A stretch of 64,000 nucleotides of DNA, from positions 8,943-72,942 of the forward strand of contig JAUNDE010000008.1 of NCBI GenBank assembly GCA_030526265.1, in the 5' to 3' direction. Source of the stretch: Eubacteriales bacterium (GTDB lineage Bacteria > Bacillota > Clostridia > Lachnospirales > Lachnospiraceae). The notes beneath the pieces are model-generated. The model saw nothing but the letters and a program-made list of their open reading frames with translations. It was not told the DNA's origin and searched no databases. Positions 58,658-64,000 of the stretch are shown piece after piece (within the stretch, counting starts at the first letter, position 1; each line of letters opens with the position of its first letter). The translations under genes were made by a program, and so were the position numbers.

Positions 58658-59914
58658 ATGAAAAAAAGATTAGTAGCATCACTTTTGATGCTTACAATGT
58701 CAATTGGTCTTCTTGCCGGATGCGGCGGAAATAAAGAGGAAGCTTCTGAAGAATCAGAAGGCGGCAAGATCACGATTGATGTTGTAGCAGCTCAGTATGG
58801 TAACAACACAAAAGACTGGTGGGCAGGCTTCGTTGAGGACTTCAACAAAGAATACACAGATTATGAATTGAAGGTAGACGTTGTTTCATGGAACGACATT
58901 TACACAGAAGTTTCTACACGTATCAAGAATGATCAGGCTCCTGATATTCTGAATATCGACGTATTTGCTGACTATCAGGCAGACGGTCTTCTTCTTCCTG
59001 CACAGGATTATGTGTCAGAAGAGACATATGCGAAATTCTACGAGTCATTCCTTGACCAGTCAGTTGTAGATGATACAGTATGGGCAGTTCCGGACCTTGC
59101 TTCTGCTCGTGCTCTTTACTACAACAAAGACATCCTTGAAGCAGCGGGTGTTGAAGTTCCTGCAACATGGGATGAACTCAAAGCTGCATGTGAAGCGATC
59201 AAGGCTTATGACGACAGCATTTATCCATGGGGTATCGATATGACAACTGACGAAGGTCAGGCAGCATTCGCTTACTATACATGGAACAATGGCGGCGGAT
59301 TCGTTGATGAAGAAGGAAACTGGACACTCAACAGCGACGAGAACGTAGAAGCTGTCGAGTATGCGATCGACCTTGTTAACTCAGGATATACAAACACAGA
59401 TCCTGCAAATGAAACACGTTACGACCTTCAGGATATGTTCGGTGCCGGACAGATCGCTATGGTAATCGCTCCTAACAGCCTTCCAACATATGTTGCTGAC
59501 GGCGGATACGAAGTGAATTATGAAGTAGCTCCTATTCCTACAAACTCCGGCGAGTCTGTATCAGCAGGTGTTATGGACAGATTTATGTGCTTCGACAATG
59601 GTTACTCAGATGAGAAGATCGAAGCAATCAAGACATTCTTCGATTACTTCTATGATGATGCCCGCTACTCTGACTGGGTACTTATGGAAGGATTCCTCCC
59701 GGCTACAAAAGCAGGTGGAGAGGCAGTTGCTGCAGCAGACGAGTCAATGGCAGCATGGGTAGAGATCGTTGGATCTTCTAAATTCTATCCAACAGCTAAA
59801 GCTGAATGGGCAGATGTAAAACAGGGCGTTATCGAAGTTGAGCAGAATGCATTGCTTGGCGGAAATGTAAAAGAATTGTTGGATGCACTTCAGGCAGATA
59901 TCGCAGGAGAGTAA
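58658..59914 (+). CDS. Carbohydrate ABC transporter substrate-binding lipoprotein
   Basis: Lipobox LLAGC, APDI, LYYNKDIL and VPATWDEL (CUT1 family). Confidence 0.92.
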   Translation: MKKRLVASLLMLTMSIGLLAGCGGNKEEASEESEGGKITIDVVAAQYGNNTKDWWAGFVEDFNKEYTDYELKVDVVSWNDIYTEVSTRIKNDQAPDILNIDVFADYQADGLLLPAQDYVSEETYAKFYESFLDQSVVDDTVWAVPDLASARALYYNKDILEAAGVEVPATWDELKAACEAIKAYDDSIYPWGIDMTTDEGQAAFAYYTWNNGGGFVDEEGNWTLNSDENVEAVEYAIDLVNSGYTNTDPANETRYDLQDMFGAGQIAMVIAPNSLPTYVADGGYEVNYEVAPIPTNSGESVSAGVMDRFMCFDNGYSDEKIEAIKTFFDYFYDDARYSDWVLMEGFLPATKAGGEAVAAADESMAAWVEIVGSSKFYPTAKAEWADVKQGVIEVEQNALLGGNVKELLDALQADIAGE

Positions 59915-59960
59915 TCTATACAGTATACAAAGATTCGTTGATTAACGGATAGAGTAAATT

Positions 59961-59993
59961 GGCCGTGGGTTGATTTATGATCAACCCGCGGTC
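59961..59993 (+). promoter_or_regulatory. Intercistronic hairpin after the binding-protein gene (mRNA stabiliser or partial terminator)
   Basis: GGCCGTGGGTTGAT-TTATG-ATCAACCCGCGGTC. Confidence 0.55.
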
Positions 59994-60018
59994 TTATACC
60001 TTATTATATACAGGAGGT

Positions 60019-60942
60019 ATGAAGTCTATGAAAAGCACGAATACATCCGCTTCGTCGCAGAATAAGAAAAGGGCATTTCCTAAGGTGGAGCCATATCTTT
60101 GGCTGCTTCCTAGTATTGCGCTGATGGCAATCTTCGTATTGTATCCGATCATTGTCGTATTTAAGACTTCTTTCAGTGAAGTGAGCAGATCGGGACTTAT
60201 CAGAGGATATGCAGGATTTGAGAATTTTAAGGATGTTCTCTCTGACCCTACATTTGCGATGGTATTAAAAAACACAGTAGTCTGGACAGTTGTGGTAGTG
60301 GGCCTGTCCACGCTTTTTGGTATTATCCTTGGTCTTGTGCTGGATAACAAGTTCAAGGGCAGAAAGTTTGCCCGTGCGGTGATCGTATTCCCTTGGGCAA
60401 CATCTCTGATTATTCAGGCGAGTGTCTGGAAATTTATTATTAACACAGATTATGGTACATTAAACACACTGTTGATGCGTCTCGGCATTATCAGTAAAGC
60501 GATCAACTGGACACCAAGCCCGGGTGCATATTTTGCATGGGAATGCTGGGTTGGTATTTTTGTAACAGTTCCGTTTGTTACGTTTTGCGTATTATCAGGC
60601 TTACAGAGTATTGATGAATCGTATTATGAGGCAGCTACCGTTGACGGGGCGACATATTGGCAGAAGCTGTTCAACATTACGATTCCGCTTTTGAAGAATT
60701 CACTTACGGTCAGTACGGTATTGAATATCATCTATGTATTCAATTCGTTCCCGATTATCTGGACAATTACAAAGGGAGATCCGGCGAGCAGAACAGATAC
60801 CCTTGTTACATATTTGTATAAACTGGCATTCTATAAGAGCAGATCCGGTCAGGCTGCAGCAGTATCCGTGATCGGTTTCCTGATTCTTCTTGCATGTGCC
60901 GGAGTATATATGGTACTTACATTGAGAGGGGAGGAAGATTAG
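60019..60942 (+). CDS. Carbohydrate ABC transporter permease 1
   Basis: YLWLLPS, GFENF and LQSIDESYYEAATVDGA (EAA loop). Start at 60019 or 60028 after GGAGG. Confidence 0.92.
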   Translation: MKSMKSTNTSASSQNKKRAFPKVEPYLWLLPSIALMAIFVLYPIIVVFKTSFSEVSRSGLIRGYAGFENFKDVLSDPTFAMVLKNTVVWTVVVVGLSTLFGIILGLVLDNKFKGRKFARAVIVFPWATSLIIQASVWKFIINTDYGTLNTLLMRLGIISKAINWTPSPGAYFAWECWVGIFVTVPFVTFCVLSGLQSIDESYYEAATVDGATYWQKLFNITIPLLKNSLTVSTVLNIIYVFNSFPIIWTITKGDPASRTDTLVTYLYKLAFYKSRSGQAAAVSVIGFLILLACAGVYMVLTLRGEED

Positions 60943-60943
60943 T

Positions 60944-61810
60944 ATGAGTAATTCAAGTCAGAATCCTAAGAAAAAATTAAATGGACAGCAGGTAGCGCTC
61001 AGAGTTTTACTCTATCTGTTTATCTTTGTTGTCGTTATCGTTACTCTCTATCCATATTTTGTAATGTTCACTTCTGCTGCAAAGAGCCGTGCTGAGATAT
61101 ATTCCATCAATGGAACACTGCTTCCAAAGCAGTGGCTGTTATCAAACTTTGTGGATATCTGGAAAAAGGCACCGATTGCAAGATATATGCTCAATTCGGT
61201 TGTAGTAGCCGGTGGATCCACTGCGATTGCGATCCTTTGTGGAATTCCTGCAGCCTATGCGCTGTCCCGTATGAAATTCAAAGGACAGAAGGTGTTCCTT
61301 GGCATTGTTATCGTTTCCCAGATGTTCGCACCGGTAGTGCTTCTGGAAGGTATCTATCGTGTGATGATGAACTTCAATCTTTCAGACTCAGTCGTAGGAT
61401 TGATCTTTATCAATGCGGCATTCAACCAGGCATTTGCAGTCTGGCTGCTGAGAGGAACATTCCTTTCTATTTCTTCTGAGATGGAGCAGGCAGCGAAAAT
61501 CGACGGATGTAATAAATTACAGTCGATGATAAAGGTGCTTCTTCCGATGGCGGCACCGGGTATTGTGACGAGTCTGATCTTCGTATTCATCAATGCGTGG
61601 AATGAATACACGGTAGCACTTACACTTGTGTCTACAGATCTTAACAAGCCGATCACAGTCGGTATCAACATCTTCAACGGATACAATATGATTGAGTGGC
61701 AGTATCTGTTTGCTGCATCCATCTTTGCAACGATTCCGGTTGTAATTCTCTTTATGTGTATTGAGAAACACCTTGTCGGTGGATTGACATCCGGTGGAGT
61801 AAAAGGTTAG
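60944..61810 (+). CDS. Carbohydrate ABC transporter permease 2
   Basis: AAYALSR, EMEQAAKIDG (EAA loop) and AWNEY. Confidence 0.93.
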   Translation: MSNSSQNPKKKLNGQQVALRVLLYLFIFVVVIVTLYPYFVMFTSAAKSRAEIYSINGTLLPKQWLLSNFVDIWKKAPIARYMLNSVVVAGGSTAIAILCGIPAAYALSRMKFKGQKVFLGIVIVSQMFAPVVLLEGIYRVMMNFNLSDSVVGLIFINAAFNQAFAVWLLRGTFLSISSEMEQAAKIDGCNKLQSMIKVLLPMAAPGIVTSLIFVFINAWNEYTVALTLVSTDLNKPITVGINIFNGYNMIEWQYLFAASIFATIPVVILFMCIEKHLVGGLTSGGVKG

Positions 61811-61837
61811 TGATTCTTTCGTAATACGAAAAAAATT

Positions 61838-61873
61838 AAAATCGGGAAGTCCGGTAAGGGACTTCCCGATTTT
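61838..61873. terminator. Bidirectional terminator
   Basis: AAAATCGGGAAGTCC/GGACTTCCCGATTTT. Confidence 0.85.
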
Positions 61874-61916
61874 TATAGAAACTGCGTTTTTACCGAGTCT
61901 AAATGATTTGTAACGG

Positions 61917-62825
61917 CTATGAACGCTCTGAAATGGCCTTGATAGAGGAGGCGTATTCAGACGGTGTCATGCCGGTGACTTTCTTGAACTGTCTGGAGAA
62001 ATAGTGGATGGAGCTGTATCCCATGATATCGGAAATCTGTGTAAAATTACGATGGCCTGTTCGAATCAATTCTTTTGCAGTCTTTATTTTTAAATAGGAA
62101 AAATATTCAATGATCCCCATTCCGCAGTGTTCTTTGAAAATCTTCTGAAGCTGCGATCGTCCGACAAGATTTTTCTTGCAGATCTGATCGATGGTAAGAT
62201 GATCGTTCAGATGTGCATCCATATAGTCAACGACCCGTTGAAAAATTTCGGAGTCATTCTTTGACTTTGTCATCTTTGGAGATGATTTGAGGTCAAGGAT
62301 CGCGGACGGAACAATGTTCATATAACGCCGTTTCAGATGAATAAGAAATTGCTCGATATATAAGCGCAGTAACTGCTGGGAGCCGTATGCTTCATTTTCC
62401 TTCAGTGTAAGAGAGTACTGATATGTGAGGTCCAGGCGGTCATTAAGACATCTTCTTGCCTCGATGATAATATTCGCAAGCAGATTTTTTTCGAAATCAT
62501 TCAATTTGAGTATTTTGTTTTTGAAAAATTCTATCTCAGGACTCTTCGTGCTGAAAGAGACAATGATGAGATTCGGCGCCACATTTCTTCTTGCAGTGAC
62601 ATTGTGGAATTCATTTGGTTTGTGAAAAATGATTTCATCTTTTTTGAGAAGGATACTATGTTTGTCGGAAGTGATTTCAACGATGCCTTTGTCTACATAG
62701 ACAAATTCCCAAAAGTTGTGAGACTCACCTTCGAAAGAAAAATCGCTCATATACTCAAAATAATGAACACTGTATAACCGGTCGATTTCAATTGAATTTT
62801 TTAGAGTTGTTCCCGTGTATTGCAT
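61917..62825 (-). CDS. AraC family transcriptional regulator with an N-terminal cupin
   Basis: ESHNFWEFVYVDKG, FHKPNEFH and C-terminal ISDIMGYSSIHYFSRQFKKVTGMTPSEY. Confidence 0.95.
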   Translation of the reverse strand: MQYTGTTLKNSIEIDRLYSVHYFEYMSDFSFEGESHNFWEFVYVDKGIVEITSDKHSILLKKDEIIFHKPNEFHNVTARRNVAPNLIIVSFSTKSPEIEFFKNKILKLNDFEKNLLANIIIEARRCLNDRLDLTYQYSLTLKENEAYGSQQLLRLYIEQFLIHLKRRYMNIVPSAILDLKSSPKMTKSKNDSEIFQRVVDYMDAHLNDHLTIDQICKKNLVGRSQLQKIFKEHCGMGIIEYFSYLKIKTAKELIRTGHRNFTQISDIMGYSSIHYFSRQFKKVTGMTPSEYASSIKAISERS

Positions 62826-62992
62826 AGTATTTTACTTCCTTTTTATTTCTACTTTGAGCATAACTCTGGCAGGCAAAAAATGCAAATAAATAATGTGGAT
62901 TGTGCAAATATAGGGAGAAATCAGACAAAGATTTTTTGATGGTATTATATTACAATATAGATAATATATGATATAGGAGGAAGTCGTTCGTG

Positions 62993-64000
62993 ATGAAAGC
63001 GATAAGAGCACAAAAAGCAGAGGCAATCAACCATTTTCAGTTTGAGGGTCGTCTTGTAAAAGAGATCCCGTTTGGTAATGGACATATAAATGATACGTTT
63101 CTTTTGACATTTGAAGTGAAAAAAATGGGTAAGATCAAAGCGATTCTCCAGAGAATGAATCAGAATGTATTCAATAATCCGATTGAACTGATGGAGAATA
63201 TCGTTGGAGTAACTTCATATCTCAGAGAAAAAATTATCGAACAGGGAGGAGATCCGGAGAGAGAAACTTTGAATGTCATTCCTGCAACAGACGGGAAACC
63301 ATATTATAAGGATTCGTTTGGTGATTACTGGCGCTCATACATTTTCATCACAGATGCGACAAGCTACGATCTGATCGAGGATCCGGATATTTTCTATGAG
63401 AGCGGACTTGCCTTCGGTAACTTCCAGAAGCTACTTTCGGACTATCCGGCTGATACTCTTTATGAAGTAATTGAAGGATTCCATGATACAGCAGCGAGAC
63501 TTGAGCGTTTTAAGAAGGCAGTAAAAGAGGATGTGATGGGGCGTGCAGCTGAAGTGCAGGATGAGATCAGGTTCGTCCTTGAAAGACAGGATGTAGCGGA
63601 GTTCTTTGGCAAATGTCTTGCAAGCGGTGAAGTTCCGCTTCGTGTTACACACAACGATACGAAGCTTAACAATATTATGATTGATAATAAGTCTGGAAAA
63701 GGTGTCTGTGTCATTGACCTTGATACGGTAATGCCAGGGCTTGCAATGAATGACTTCGGAGATGCGATCCGGTTTGGTGCAAGCACTGCAGCAGAAGATG
63801 AGAAAGATCTCGATAAAGTGAGCTGCAGCATGGAACTTTATGAGCTCTTCGCAAAAGGATTTATCGAGGGATGTGACGGAAGACTGACGGATAAAGAAAT
63901 TGAGCTTCTGCCGATGGGTGCTAAGGTGATGACATACGAGTGTGGTATGCGTTTCCTTACAGACTATCTTGAGGGAGATAAATACTTCAAGATCCACAGA
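62993..64000 (+). CDS. N-acetylhexosamine 1-kinase-like (APH/phosphotransferase fold), 3'-truncated by the window edge
   Basis: Not in the ORF track because there is no stop. My translation from ATG 62993 (AGGAGG RBS): FGNGHINDTF...LQRMN...FHDT...VTHNDTKLNN...VIDLDTVMPG...DFGDAIR...GMRFLTDYLEGD.YFK. Confidence 0.82.
   Translation, partial: MKAIRAQKAEAINHFQFEGRLVKEIPFGNGHINDTFLLTFEVKKMGKIKAILQRMNQNVFNNPIELMENIVGVTSYLREKIIEQGGDPERETLNVIPATDGKPYYKDSFGDYWRSYIFITDATSYDLIEDPDIFYESGLAFGNFQKLLSDYPADTLYEVIEGFHDTAARLERFKKAVKEDVMGRAAEVQDEIRFVLERQDVAEFFGKCLASGEVPLRVTHNDTKLNNIMIDNKSGKGVCVIDLDTVMPGLAMNDFGDAIRFGASTAAEDEKDLDKVSCSMELYELFAKGFIEGCDGRLTDKEIELLPMGAKVMTYECGMRFLTDYLEGDKYFKIHR

Noticed and set aside
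1-64000. CRISPR arrays, rRNA genes, prophage or defence systems
   Set aside because: No regularly spaced direct repeats, rRNA signatures, phage structural genes or defence-system motifs were recognised.

Overview
64 kb of chromosome from a low-GC-phylum (Bacillota) anaerobe; gene content and order point to Lachnospiraceae (inference). The left third is mostly housekeeping: tatD (5'-truncated), rsmA, a phosphohexomutase, proC, map, pfkA, dnaX-ybaB-recR, a split transketolase, nfo, aminopeptidase P, a LysM/beta-propeller/CvpA trio and tRNA-Asn. From about 22.3 to 46.9 kb there is a contiguous nitrogen/molybdenum block. It holds a Moco biosynthesis and molybdate ABC cluster with a MOSC-MogA fusion and no MoaD/MoaE, then a cupin and a Crp/Fnr regulator. 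Next is a single operon joining asrABC (siroheme reductase) to a cytoplasmic Nas-type molybdo-nitrate reductase, its ferredoxin and NADH-oxidoreductase partners and a TDT/SLAC1-type anion channel, followed by gltBD and an Amt-PII fusion. This block is the best candidate for an under-described system: NADH-driven nitrate-to-ammonium reduction in which AsrABC would act as the nitrite reductase. A Crp-type box sits at exactly -41.5 of a predicted asrA promoter, and the gltB and amt leaders carry ANTAR-like hairpins overlapping terminators. The right third has patB/malY, an unannotated type I toxin-antitoxin-like locus (48.3-48.6 kb), glyoxalase, pflBA, transporters and an amino-sugar cluster (nagB, ABC transporter, AraC, 3'-truncated NahK-like kinase). 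No integrase, transposase, CRISPR array or rRNA was seen. All calls are from motif recognition by eye; no database searches were run.
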